Shown here: piece by piece, positions 1 to 13,347 of the stretch
How positions within the stretch are numbered: position 1 is the first letter of the stretch
How the letters are laid out: every line of letters begins with the position of its first letter
Origin: Octopus sinensis
Lineage: Eukaryota
Length of the DNA stretch: 64,000 nucleotides
Direction: 5' to 3'
Assembly: GCF_006345805.1 (NCBI RefSeq)
Contig: NC_043001.1
Coordinates: 120,900,001-120,964,000, forward strand
Program-made: the position numbers and the translations under genes
Notes under the pieces: model-generated
The model's input: only the letters and a program-made list of their open reading frames with translations
The model's database searches: none
Told to the model about the DNA's origin: nothing

Positions 1-614
1 ATGCTTTATACATATCTAATTGTGGATTACCAATGATGATTTATTAATTAGTCTGCAGATTTAAGCAGATCTTTCAGAAAAAAGTGTCAATTTGAATTTT
101 GAGTTAAACCTTCTGTTATTGATTTTCTTTTGGTTTTTATTTTGATTGATTTATTTTTATTTTTTGAGTTTTGTTCTCTTTTTTTGGGTTTTTATTTTAT
201 TTTATTTATTCATTCATTTAGCATAAAATATTTACAGAAACTAGTTTACACATAATCATGATTTTATAAAACCCAAGAGTTAATGATAATAATAAAGATT
301 ATTAATAATAATAATAATAATAATAATAATGTTCATTGTTCTTCCTCCACTCCAACACTTCGAAAATACATTTTTTTTGTCTGTTTTTTAATAAGAAATT
401 TAAATTTTAAATACATTCCAGATTTAGACATTCCTATACTTTCTAAATCTTTTAATAAGATTCTAAAATAAATAAAAAAAGAGAGAATTTTCAATAAAAC
501 TCACCATTCCATCCTTATAGAGTTTCTTACTGCCTGTTCCACCAATCTGACTTCTATTTTTAATATATTTTGGAATAAAGCTTTTATCAATATCATTTTT
601 GTAAAACCCAAAAT

Positions 615-706
615 GATATATATGTCTGTGTGTATGCATGTGTGTATATATATATATATATATATTATACACATATGCATACACATATATACACACACAT
701 ACATAA

Positions 707-750
<44 letters not shown>

Positions 751-805
751 GTATAAATACATGGACATATATACATGTGGCCTATGTTTGTATATATATG
801 TGTAT

Positions 806-836
<31 letters not shown>

Positions 837-890
837 TGAATACATATGTACAAACATATTATATGTGTATGTGTGTATATAATGTATATG
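615..890. repeat. (TA)n/(CA)n compound microsatellite
   Basis: Direct inspection. Confidence 0.95.
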
Positions 891-1217
891 TAATATTAAA
901 AATCTGTGAGAATTTTAACCTTGTGCTCTTTTAATATGAGCAAGTAAAGCTTGTTTCACTGTGAGCTTCAGTTGTAATAAAACCAAAAAAATACTTCGTT
1001 TCATCATGTTATATTTATTTTATTTTTTATTTCTTTGTATGTGTATTCACTGAACTATTTATCAAAAGTGCCTGTTTATTATCATATCTGTGTACCTTAA
1101 TGATGAAGACAGGCTGGTTTAAATATTTCAATATCAGCATATTGATAATAAATGAATTGTCAATATTCAACTGAAATCTCTTTTTTTTTTTTTTCTGTTA
1201 TATACTTTTGGAAAGTA

Positions 1218-1760
1218 CAGATGTAGTTGTGTGGTTAAGAAATTTGCTTCCCAATCACATGGTTCTAGGTTTCAGTCCCACTGCATGGCACCTTTGGCAA
1301 ACATCTTCAACATAGGCGTAGGAGTGGCTTGCTTACCAACCACATCGTTCCGGGTTCAGTCCCACTGCATGGCACCTTGGGCAAGTGTCTTCTACTATAG
1401 CCTCGGGCTGACCAAAAGCCTTGTGAGTGGATTTGGTAGACAGAAACTGAAAGAAACCTGTCGTATATATTATGTATATATATATGTGTATGTGTGTGTT
1501 TGTGTGTCTATGTTTGTCCCCCCCAACATCGCTTGACAACCGATGCAGGTGTGTTTACATCCCCATAACTTAGTGGTTCGGCAAAAGAGACCGATAGAAT
1601 AAGTACTAAGCTTACAACGAATAAGTCCTGGGGTTAATTTGCTCAACTAACGGCAGTGCTCCAGCATGGCCACAGTCAAATGACTGAAACAAGTAAAAGT
1701 GTATAGCCCCAGATCAAACAAAACTTTGTGAGAGAATTTAGTAGACTGAAACTGACATCA
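1218..1760 (+). mobile_element. tRNA-derived SINE family A: full copy (1316-1700) nested in an older copy
   Basis: tRNA-like head with B-box GGTTCAGTCCC, internal (TA/TG)n, tail ccagcatggccacagtcaaatgactgaaacaagtaaaa. The older copy resumes at about 1702. Confidence 0.85.
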
Positions 1761-1769
1761 CTTCATTGT

Positions 1770-2200
1770 TATAAATGAATGATATTCACTTGCAGTATTC
1801 TGCAAAAACATGTCTGGCCATGGGGAAACATTGCCTTGCTTGGAAACAGCTAAGCGTTGATGACAGGAAGGGCATTCAGCCATAGAAAATCTGCCTCAAT
1901 AAATTCTGACCAATTCATGCAAGCATAGAAAAATGAATAATAAAATGAAGAGGAGCGGGGCAAAAAGTATGAGATACATGTGTATGTATGTTCATTCATT
2001 TAACATCAGTTTTGCCATGCAAGCATAGGTTTGGATGAGTAGTTATTTCAGATGGAATTTTATGACCAGACACTCTTTCTGTTACCAACACTTGCCTGTT
2101 TTCAAGTAAGAGACACTTTATTCCAGATATCTTGAAAAGCACAGGGTGATTAAACAAAATGCCAACAAGAATGTCAATATCACTACTTCTCTCAGCTGGG
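1770..2200. mobile_element. Two opposed copies of an older RTE-A-related 3' end family. Others at about 24060-24290(-), 45130-45360(-), 60355-60540(-)
   Basis: Shared catgtctggccatgggga...ggaagggcat..gcc.tagaaaatctgcctcaa motif. Confidence 0.6.
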
Positions 2201-3782
2201 AGCAAGCAAGGAAAATTATCCTTTGTTGCACCTTCATGCGCAAGTGCGCGAACACACACACACACGTGTGTGTGTGAAATTTCTTTCAGATTCCAACCAA
2301 ATCTACTCACAAAACTTTGTTTGGCCCAGAGCTATAGCAGACACTAAGGTTCCACAGAGTGGGACTAAATCTGGAACCAGATGGGTAGGAAGCAAACTTC
2401 TCAACCATACCATACTATATATATATATATATGATGGGCTTGTTGCAGTTTCTGTCCACCAAATTTCCTCACAAGGCATTGGTTAGCCTGGGTCTGTAGT
2501 AGATGCCCAAGGTGGTGGCATACACTGGAGCCAAACCTGAAATTACATTGTTGGGAAGTGAACTACTAACTTAACCAAACATCCCGCCTTGCCTCCATGT
2601 GTGTGTGTGTGTGTAGTTTTTTATTCACTTGCTGAAATGTCTGAGGAAAACCTTGGAAAAGTCAGGTCAACCAATTCCTTATAAGTGAATTTGGTGAGCA
2701 GAAATTGTGTGGAAGCTTGTTTTGTGTGTGTGTGTGTGTGTGTGCAGTATTGTGTTTGTCTTTTGTGCTATCCTGTCTTTATGTTAACACCATTTGGCTG
2801 GTATTGATTTATTTACCTCTGTATAACTTAATGGTTTGACACAAAAGAAACTTAAAAATTAAGTATGAGTCTTAAACTTTTTGAGTGCTCCTGCATGGCC
2901 ACAGTTCAATGACTGGAATCATGAAAGCAAATCGATTGATTTGAAATTAATCATATGTGATAAGTTTAAGAGAAGTGTAGAACCAGATATGACTGAGCAG
3001 ATATGTTATGGAATTACTGGTGGTATTTTACTGTACATTTAAGGCATCACAATTCTCCATATTTCGTAGCCTTAACGTATGGGAAATACAGACGAGATCA
3101 AGTTGGACTGATTATGTTCATACATCAATTTGCTACCCAGGAAGTTAAAGCACTAACCTTAAGTGGTTCTTGGTGTTGAAAACATGTTTGAGTGTTTTTT
3201 TTTTTTTTATGGCTTGGTCAAAAGAGAAAGCATTTATAGGAAAATACATAAATTAAAAGAAAATGAATCCCACCAAATATAGTGGATTGAAGTTCTGGAA
3301 AGGATTGGGAAGTGACACACAACAAGAGATAAGAGACTGGAGAATTGGGTAAAGAGGGTATACATCTTATTTCAGCAAAGCAGAGGTTATTGTGTCCTTG
3401 TAGTGAAGGCAGAGGGGGAAAAAATAGCTTGTGACTGTAGCATATCTGTCAATCTTAGTTAATCAATCAGATGTTGTCTCTAAGATGCTGTGAAGAAACA
3501 TAGACTGATGAGAATGGGGATTGCTGATGATTGTTTCTATCACTTGAAATGTTAGGAGAACAAATGTTAGTACGATCAGAGATGTTGGAGGGGGGATATA
3601 ATCTACTGTGTTTCCATATAGTGGGCTGAGATGAAATAGCCTGGTGAGATTATGAGCTAATGAACACACAATCTGAAGGCAATGGAAGAGATATTGTATC
3701 GGGTAAGTTGTCTTGTGGGATTCAAACACCCAAAGAAGTTTTTGCATGTGAATCAAGTGGTGAGGAAATGGTGTATTTTTTG

Positions 3783-4055
3783 CAGTAGTTCCCGAACTTT
3801 TTCAGGTTGCCATCCCCTTGGCACCTAAGCCACATTCCTAACGCCCCACCCCCTTAACCACCATGAACGTAGATCACTTTCTGCATCAAATTCAAAACAA
3901 CTGTATTTCACAATTAAAACTTAACCATTATTTTGGTTTCTTTTACATTCTCACCCACTTTTGGCCTTCCCATTATCACTCTTCTTTTCTTCAACAACCC
4001 CTGAATCTTTCCACTGCCCCCAAGGGGTCAGTACCGTCCACTTTGGGAACCACTG
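3783..4055. mobile_element. hAT-Charlie-like non-autonomous element
   Basis: TIRs cagtagttccc / gggaaccactg; TSD not recognisable. Confidence 0.65.
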
Positions 4056-4639
4056 CTTTAGCAGTTAAACCAATCGTATCCAGCCATAATATTCTACCAG
4101 TTTTATGTTCAAATCAGTTAGATTCTACTTCTCACACCTACTCTATAATGTTATTCTAAAACTAAGCAATCACATCATCAAAATCTCAAAGCAACAGGTT
4201 AATGTACGATCAATTCAAAACAATGTGAATAAATATTACATTTGACAGAGAAATCTGAATGCTAAAGGGTTAAAGTCCTGAGTTTCAGAAATGGCGGGAG
4301 TGGAAACGTCTCCATTTTCTCAGTTGGTTTTTTGTTTATGGTACATTTTAATTGAAGAGTGGTATGTAACAGGATTCCACAAAGTTGATCGGTACCTTTT
4401 GTCAAAGGACCAGAAAGACCAGTATAAGAGCTGATAAAGTTTGCTGACTGTGTGGAACCATTTTTCTGTCTTCGAATAGTTGGCTTTGAGGATCTTGATG
4501 GAAGTGAATGACTTCATGGTGGTGTCATATGCAAATAATGATTTTGATCAGAACGGCAGATTTGGAAGGATCTGAGGAGATGAGTTTCAGATTAGAAAGT
4601 CGATTGGATATAAGTAAGAAATTATTAGAAACAAACAAC

Positions 4640-4802
4640 TCTCGGAGTGGTTGGCGTTAGGAAGGGCATCCAGCTGTAGAAAGTCTGCCAGATCAAGATT
4701 GAAGCCTGGTGCAGCCATCTGGTTCGCCAGCCCTCAGTCAAAATCGTCCAACCCATGCTAGCATGGAAAGCGGACGTTAAATGATGATGATGATGATGAT
4801 GA
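4640..4802 (+). mobile_element. RTE family A extreme 3' end (SINE-sized truncated copy). Further copies at about 34432-34640(-), 44881-45120(-), 45565-45990(-), 49470-49560(+), 51775-51935(-), 53845-53972(-)
   Basis: ggagtggttggcgttaggaagggcatccagc...aacccatgctagcatggaaagcggacgttaaa(tga)n, the same terminus as the long copy at 53973-56235. Confidence 0.85.
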
Positions 4803-7800
4803 AACCACTGATATCGATTGTCTGCTGTCTCATAGATCAAAAGTGGCCTGGCTGCTGCTGGTCAGAGAGCATCTCTCTTTCTCGCTTTAATTAAGGCCTG
4901 TCATCGTGCAACAATACACTTCTTACACTTTCAACTTGACTAACCTTTTTCTTTCTGCTAGTAGTCACTCACAGATGAATTTACTATCTACACAATGGAC
5001 AACAAATAACTTGTGTACATAAACAACTTGAAGTATTTGTCGTCTACATTGTAAAGACAATAACAATATAAGAGACCATTTCAACTAACAACATCTTCTG
5101 CCATTTATTAGGTCTATATTAACATTATACATGATCATTATAATTGCTAACCTCCGATGTTCATAAACTGTTAATATCGAATCTCACATTTGGCCGTTAC
5201 AAATTGGTGACCAACATTTATAGATCATTGCACATAAATTTCACTTACTGAAAGTAGTGGAAATTATATGAAACTCTTCTAGGAACTCTCCAGAGATAGC
5301 TGTGACTATTATGCTACCAACACTACCTCAGAAGACCTATTGCATGGAGATAAACAATTAAATTTTGAATATTTTTCTTATTTCTATATACGCCATGCAC
5401 ATTGTTCCATATGCAGTTGAAAGTTCTAGCAGTATTCACTAGCATCTTCGGCTTCATAAAAGATGGTTCCATAAACTGACTTGGTTCAGCTGGAAGCAGT
5501 TGATGTCTCTGAAGAGAAACTTCAGATCAATATGTCAGTAGGTGTTACTGCAATGTTGGATAGCTAGTGTGTTGATAAGTGTTGTTACTAACGTGTGTGT
5601 GTGTGTGCTTTGTATTATCTTGATTGAGGAAGAAATATGCTGAGAGAGTGGCTATATAGCCACTAAAACCATCAAAACTCCATTACTCCTTTGCCTTTGA
5701 AGGCAGACTTATACTTATAATAACATCAAAAGAGATGAAGACATTGGATTTTTTTAAATTTCTTCTCACCATCAGAATTTTTTCAAATGTTCAACACAGA
5801 TGTAATTTTGCCTGCTTATGATGAAAATCATGTTCATTTTATCCAGAAATTGACAAGCGATGCCTCAGCATGGCCTTCAGTCAAATGATTGAAACAAGTA
5901 AACGAATAAAGTAAAAAAATTAATAATTAACTTACAAGCCTTTGAAATTATGAGATTTTAGCTAATTGAAAGCCTTCATCACTGACATACTAGATGTCGC
6001 AATTGTCTGTTTCCATGGGAACAGCATTAGCATCATCACTCTTCCTCTTATGTCTGTGATTATTTTTTATTCCTTGGTGAAAACAAACCACAGTCTGTTG
6101 TGTGTGTGTATGTATGTGTGTGTATGTGGAGAGAGAGAAAGAGAGGGAAAAGGTAGGAGTCAGTAGCAGTATGGTTGTTGATTACAACAATTATCTGAGG
6201 TATATGCAAAGGATTTACTCTGCAACCCATTAAACATTGATCGTCCAGGTAGAATTGTAAAAATTTATGAGACAGCGTTTTCAAAGCAAAAGTATAACAA
6301 AAGTAGAATGTTGCCTGAACTGGGATTTTCAATGGTGTGTCATGAGACATGAGAGTTATTTCTTTACACTTTGCTTTCTCAGGATTGAGAAGATGCAATA
6401 CAGAGCATTCAACAATCGATTCTGTTGTCCAGCAGCAAGCATAATTGGATGTTCCAGAGATACTAGTCTACCAAATTCTGCATGGTGAACCGCAACATTA
6501 AGTTTAATTGTATTTCATTAAATGGTAACGATAATGCAAAGGCTTGTTTCCATGGAAGCAAACAATTGTGACTTCTGATATGTCAGCAATGGAAGCTTCT
6601 GGTTGACTAAAATCACAAGCTTCAAAATCTTGCAGCTTTTCTATAAGTGATCTTTAGAAAACACAAAGTAATTTTCTTCATTAGCATGCAAAACTACTTC
6701 AGTGTAGAAAATTTGGAAAGAAATCTGATTTGGGGAAGAAATCTAAAAAGATCCCAATGTAGTAATAGATACAAAAAGATGAGATGGTCTTGGACAGGGT
6801 GTCCCACTTGATAAGGGTTGGTAGGTGAGGTAAAAATAACAATGATATATTATAAACGGTCAGAATACTATAATATTATATACAATAAACAGACACTATT
6901 GTTGATGACATAAGAATGTATACACTTTCGGGAGAACATGGAAAAATTCTTTTTTGAAACTGGATCTTGAAGTTCACATGAAGCTATAAACAAAAGCTTG
7001 TAAATATTGGGTTGGAAAACTCTTTTAGATAGAAAAAGACGAAGGCTGCCCACGTGATTCAAATCTACATCTTCTGTTGACATAAGATGCATTCTTTCAT
7101 TGTACCAAAGCAATCCTTCGAATTTCTATAGTTCTTTTAGAAACTTTCTTCTTACCAACCAGAATTGCATACTGTTGACCTTATATGGATTTACAAACTT
7201 TCAAAAGAGCATGAAATAATTTATTTTAGAATTGGATCATGAAGTACATATAAAGGTGTTCTACCATGATACCAAAGCAACCCTTTGAATTTCTCTATCC
7301 ATTTTAGGAACTTTATTCTTACATTCTACTATTATACCATTGCTTTGGTCCAATGGTAGAATGCCTGTAATGCCTAAAGGAGACATAGGTATGAATGCCA
7401 GGGAAGGCTTCAACTTTTTCTGTCCAAAAGAGCTTTTCAACTGAATATTAACAAGATATTATATGTAGCTTTTTATGTACATCAAGATCTTATTCCAGAC
7501 AAAGAAGATGAACTGTATTTTGGATGCTACGTTCTTCTAAGATGCAGCTTTATTCAACCCTCGAACATCATCACCTTTACATCTGAATGAACTCTTCTCC
7601 TTCTCCCTATTTCCATTCCATCGAATCTGTTGTTATGTGTGTACTCTATGTAGAATTCTTCTCCAAGGGCCTTTTGGTTTTTTTACCTTTATTTTAATTT
7701 TATTCCTGCAACAATAAATTTCATTTCTATCTAATTTTCAATATCACTTTGTATGTATGTACAAGTGAGAACATGCGAACTAGTAACATTATTCCTGCGT

Positions 7801-7994
7801 ACGTGTAGTCCTGTGTATTTATTTATATGTGTGTCTCTGTTCCTATCAACCAAATGAGTGCTTGTTTATGTACTGACATGTGTGTAAATACTGTTTTTGA
7901 CAAGCTTCCGATAGCAGTCACTGACCTAGACAACAAAACATCCTCCCACTTAAACTTTCTTACATTGTTCCTTCCACTTCTAACCTTATCACTT

Positions 7995-7998
<4 letters not shown>

Positions 7999-8075
<77 letters not shown>
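7999..8075. repeat. (CT)n microsatellite
   Basis: Direct inspection. Confidence 0.97.
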
Positions 8076-8079
<4 letters not shown>

Positions 8080-9478
8080 CCTCCCTCCCTCTTTGTCTCT
8101 TTCTGACCATATTCTTCTCACTCAAGAGCACCTACTATCTTTCTGTTATTCCCTGCAGCATACAAACTTAAGAAACATTTTAGTTCTGTCCATCCATCCA
8201 TTTTCACCACCCACTATTCCTGAGAGGGTCGTATGGGTAGAGTCCTAAGGGTAGAGTCCTCCATAGGGTTCTTTTCAGAAGCAACCCTCTTTACACTTTC
8301 CTGCTGGATTCCCAAGTGTAACCAACTGAGATTATGGATATTCTACAATCATCTTGATCTTGGTTTATCCTTAGGTCTCCTGTCGGTGGGCTGGGCTTCA
8401 ACAATCTGTCTTGTCTTTTCCTCTGGCATTCTAAATGACCTTTCAATGTGAAGAAGTAGCGGCTTGACCTGAAGGCACTCCTTGTTGAGTAGAGTTACTC
8501 CAGAGAATCCTTCAGAAGAACCCTATTTCAGCCGCTCATATCCTCAATGGCACACCTAATAAATCCAAATCTCGCCAACACAGACTTTCCCCCTAGATTC
8601 TAGGTTCTTAATCATTTTTTTTTTGGTGAGGGGTTTGTTTGTTTCTACTATATACGTACCTCTCGCCCTAAACTAAGATATTCAGCCAAGTTTCCATTAT
8701 TTTGGTAAATCCCACTTCTCATGACCACTTAAAAACAGCTACAAAATAGTACTGTGCTTTTATTTGTCTTTCTTTTTATCCAAATCAACATTTACCCTCT
8801 TATATTTTATGCTACTTTTGTGATTCTACAGAGTTCTAAGTGCATTCATCCAATCAGAAAACTCACTTATTTTGAATGATGTTTGGCATTTATAAAATAG
8901 ATTTCAAACAAAACAATGTATTCTGTCCTTGTTCTTTGAATAAACTAACCTGAATTTCGTCCTAGACAAACCGTTTTTCAATCTTTATGATTTTTTTTTA
9001 ATAAATTACCGTCTTGCATTAAACAATTTTGCTGTCTTCGTCCAGCTTGAGAGGTCACTGTATTCTTTAAAATCAATGAATTTGTTTCTTGGTTCATATT
9101 TCTACTTGGCCTTTTTTGTTTTCTTTTTTGTTTTTTCTACTTTCCTGCAGACATGGAAGTACAAGAACTACATGATCACTCTGATCTTCATTAAAAGTGT
9201 CAACAGTGGGTTGAAATTTGTTAGTAACAGTTCCCACAGTTTGTAGGCAATCATTTAATTCATTGGCACTTGATTAACTTGTTTTAGCTGTAGATGATGG
9301 CAAATTTTACATTGTAAAATAGCAGTGGTTAATAACAATGGGTTAAATTACTAATTCCTTCTGGGAATGTAACGATTACCACACAACATACTCGTATTTG
9401 ATAATGAAACATGAAAAATTTTGTAATTTATGATTTTATAGTAAAAAGATACACTAAATTTCCTGTTTTAACTTGCTC

Positions 9479-9518
<40 letters not shown>

Positions 9519-9525
9519 TATTGAG

Positions 9526-10217
9526 CCTCAAATTGTGTGGGTCTTTACCTCAATGAGGCCAAAACTGAATACATAAACAAGTGCCTGTCCAACAGTGATT
9601 GCATCATCCACACTCTCAACAATGCGCCCTTAAATATGGTTTCTGCTGATTGCAAATATCTTGGGTCATGCATATCATCATCTGGAAAAGACTTTCTAAC
9701 TAGAAAGGGTATGGCCTGGTCAGCCTGTAATGACATGCATAAGATCTGGTCATCAAATCTAAGTAGAGACCTCAAACTTGAAATCTTCAAAGCCACAGTC
9801 GAACCAATTCTACTATATGGCTCAGAAACCTGGACGTTATCAAAGAAGCTTGAGAGGCGGTTGGATGGAACCTACACTCGCCTCCTTATGAGAGCTCAAA
9901 ACTTCTCGTGGAGGCGCCATCCAACCAAAATGCAAATATATGGGAAACTACCACCTGTGTCATCTCTTGTGAAAGGTAGGAGAGTCCAGTTTGCTGGACA
10001 TTGTTGTAGGGCTGAAAACGAAGCAATTTCTACTCTTCTCCTCTGGAAGCCATCTGCTCGCAATACCAGAGGGTGCACATTCTCCTACCCTGATGTAATC
10101 TCCAGGGATACAGGCATCAGGCAACAGGACCTCCATAATGCCATGATGGACCGTGAAGTCTGGCGTAGCCTGGTAAATTCCATTGTCTCGACCACGGTCG
10201 AACAATGATGATGATGA
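9526..10217 (+). mobile_element. RTE-clade LINE (family B), 5'-truncated
   Basis: ORF 9537-10208 (KYLGS, LLYGSETW, QFAGHC) runs straight into a (GAT)n tail. 12-bp TSD TGTGATATTGAG at 9514-9525 and 10218-10229. Confidence 0.95.
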
Positions 10218-10805
10218 TGTGATATTGAGAAGGCTAAGAGGTTTCACAGGAATAAATTTGTTAAAACAAAAGGTTAAAATGCATGAATAAACGAAGAAAA
10301 TATTTACATCTTCATTGAAGCAGGCTACCACTTTCAGTTATTTAAGTTAGTTTAATCATGCAGTAAGAGAAAGCAAAATATATTGAAATAATTTTTAATT
10401 AATTTTTTCTGATATCACTTTTGGAAGTTCATGTGTTTGTTTTACAAAATTCCCACGGTGCTAGTCATTGGTTTCCTTCTAATGGTGACTGGGTCATAAT
10501 AGTAACTGTAACAGTTTTAATACTGGCTGTTGCCTTTTGTTCCTTACTGATAATGATGGCATTAAGGAGTGACTATTAATAGTGGGATTTGTATTGTAGC
10601 AGCAGCAATAGCAGTATTAGCGATGGTGGTGGTTGTTGTTGTAATAGTGGCTGTATCAGCTTCACTATTCAAAGTAGCAGTAGCAGCTTAGGCAGCAGTA
10701 GCAGTGGTAGTGGTGGTGGAAATATTAGAAGCTGTAGATGTAGTAGTGGCTTTAGTGGCATGCTGTTGAAGTAGTTGAAATAGAGGCAGTACCAGCTGTA
10801 GTATT

Positions 10806-11904
10806 CATCATCATCATTGTTCGACCGTGGTCGAGACAATGGAATTTACCATGCTATGCCAGACTTCACGGTCCATCATAGCATTAAGGAGGTCCTGTTG
10901 CTGGATGCCTGTATCCCTGGAGATTACATCAGGGTAGGAGAGTGTGCGCCCTCTGGTATTGCGAGTAGATGGCTTCCAGAGGAGAAGAGTAGAAATTACT
11001 TCTTTTTCAGCTCTACAACAATGTCCAGCAAACTGGACTCTCCTACCTTTCACAAGAGATGACACAGGTGGTAGTTTCCCATATATTTGCATTTTGGTTG
11101 GATGGCGCTTCCACGAGAGATTTTGAGCTCTCATAAGGAGGCGAGTGTAGGTTCCATCCAACCGCCTCTCAAGCTTCTTTGATAACGTCCAGGTTTCTGA
11201 GCCATATAGTAGAATTGGTTCGACTGTGGCTTTGAAGATTTCAAGTTTGAAGTCTCTACTTAGATTTGATGACCAGATCTTATGCATGTCATTACAGGCT
11301 GACCAGGCCATACCCTTTCTAGTTAGAAAGTCTTTTCCAGATGATGATATGTATGACCCAAGATATTTGTAATCAGAAACCATATTTAAAGGTGCACTGT
11401 TGAGAGTATGGATGATGCAATCACTGTTGGACAGGCACTTGTTTATGTATTCAGTTTTGGCCTCATTGAGGTAAAGACCTACACAATTTGAGGCTTGTTC
11501 AAGAGATTGTAAAAGAGACTGGGCATTGGAGAGAGAATCACTGATAAGAGCGATGTCGTCAGCAAAGTCAGTGTCTGTCAAGTATTCAGCTGGGTGTCTG
11601 GAACTTCTTCTTGGTTTTATTTCAAAGCCTTTGCCAGAGATGGTATCAACTGACATACGTAGCACATAGTCAACGACAATGATGAAAAGAAATGGGGTGA
11701 GTGTGTCTCCCTGCAGTATTCCGGCTTTGATTGAGAAAGATGATGTTTCTCCGTCAGGGGTTAAGATGGTTGAAGACGTATCTGTGTAGAGGACCTTGAT
11801 GGCAGAAATGATTTTGTCTGATATCCCATAGAGCTTAAGGATTTCAAGCATCTTGTACCTATCTACAGAATCGAACGCTTTAGAAAAGTCTACAAATACC
11901 ATTA
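10806..11904 (-). mobile_element. RTE-clade LINE (family B), 5'-truncated, open RT
   Basis: ORF 10814-11932 with FVDFSKAFDS, GILQGDTL and FADD RT motifs; (GAT)n tail. 8-bp TSD GTAGTATT at 10798-10805 and 11905-11912. Confidence 0.95.
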
Positions 11905-12204
11905 GTAGTATTAGTAGCAGCAGAAGTAACAATAGTGGTAGTAATTTTAGTAGTAGCCATTGCCCTTCCTCTACAACAGTGGCTTAGCATTGGTCAGTAT
12001 TTCATTATCCCATTTGTTTCTTTGTTGATGCGCTGCAGTTGCAATGCGTCATCGACAAATTGATATAAAGAAAGATTTTAAAATTTGGTTGTTTCACACT
12101 GGCACATGCGTCTATATGCTTACTGGGTCCTCTCTATCTTGTTACTAATGTTTTAATTTGTAATCTATGCAGTCATTCCAGTTTTCTCTATATAGTTCTC
12201 TCCT

Positions 12205-12706
12205 CCTCTAAGGTTGTGAAACATGGCCTATGAGGGTAGTCGATCAGCGAACGCTGGAGGTCTTTGACAATGACTGTCCGCCGCATTCTTTGCTGCCAAC
12301 ACATTGATCAGGTTCCTACAGCTGGTCTTCGTCATCGCCTGAATCTCCAGCCCCTCCCTTCGGTGCTTCTACAATGGCACTTAAGGTGGTTCAGTCATGC
12401 GGCCTGGTGTCCAGAGGGTGAACTGATTTGCAATGTCCTCCTCCCACCTCCACTTCCTAACTGGCGCAAACGCATGAGTGGGCAGCTGAAGACCTGGGCA
12501 ACAACAATAAAGGAGGACCTCTCTGAACTCTCGGGTCCGCAGGTGGTCAGTCTGCACAGATGCAACCGCGAATGGCTCGCTATCTCTAGTGACCTTGCAC
12601 AGAACTGTCGAGCGTGGCCGCCATGGTTCGTGATGCCGTCAGGACCAAAGAAGAAGCTGGCTCAACCCACCCTGGGTGAACGCCATCACAAGTACAAATA
12701 AGTAAG
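12205..12706 (+). mobile_element. Degraded RTE-clade LINE 3' end (family C)
   Basis: LRWFSHAA...LKTWATTIKEDL C-terminal RTE-like peptide followed by an (AAGT)n tail. Confidence 0.7.
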
Positions 12707-12727
12707 TAGTTCTCTCCATATAGGATG

Positions 12728-13040
12728 AAGGCGTGTGGCTTAGTGGTTAAGGTATTCAGCTCATACTGTAAAGTTGTGAGTTCAATTCCCGGCAGTGTGT
12801 CATTGAGCAAGACATTTTGTTTCATGTTGTTCCAGTCCATTCAACTGGTAAAAAAAGATTTGTACCTGTATTTCAAAGGATCAGTCTTGTCACACTCTGT
12901 GTTATGCTGAATCTCCCTGTTAAGGGTATGTGTGTCTGAGGAGTGCTCAGCCACTTGCATGTTAATTTCACAAGCAGGCTGTTCTGTTCATTGGATCAAC
13001 TGCAACACTCGTTGTCATGACAGAAGACATGCCAGTTTTT
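12728..13040 (+). mobile_element. tRNA-derived SINE family B (partial copy also at about 26755-26885, minus)
   Basis: Head ggcgtgtggcttagtggttaagg (A-box) ... gagttcaattccc (B-box), followed by gtgtcattgagcaagaca core. Confidence 0.75.
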
Positions 13041-13125
13041 CTCTATATGCCATTACAAGGATTAGGTTTTCAAATGCACAAGTTTTTTTTGTTTTTTTTT
13101 AAGAGTTTTTAAGAGTTTTTTATAG

Positions 13126-13304
13126 GTGTAGGAGGGGCTGTGTGGTAAGTAGCTTGCTTACGAACCGCATGGTTCTGGGTTCAGTCCCACTGCATGGCAC
13201 CTTGGGTAAGTGTCTTCTACTATAGCCTCGGGCCGACCAAAGCCTTGTGAGTGGATTTGGTATACGGAAACTGAAAGAAGCCCATCATATATATGCATAT
13301 AAAC

Positions 13305-13347
<43 letters not shown>

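Noticed and set aside
1-1200. 3' UTR of an upstream plus-strand gene (AATAAA near 977 and 1147)
   Set aside because: AT-rich composition is compatible, but no coding exon in the window supports it.
3300-4620. Very old LINE endonuclease/RT relics (also 7100-7700, 8200-8600, 21640-22050)
   Set aside because: Only faint motif echoes across many frameshifts; too decayed to assign by eye.
10814-11932. 372-aa ORF as an intact gene with a hydrophobic leader
   Set aside because: The MLLLLLL start comes from flanking (TAG/CAG)n beyond the TSD; the rest is a 5'-truncated RTE RT.
12728-12800. tRNA genes at SINE heads (also 1316-1380, 13126-13200, 59739-59808)
   Set aside because: A/B boxes are present but I could not form a full cloverleaf with an acceptor stem, and each continues into repeat body sequence.
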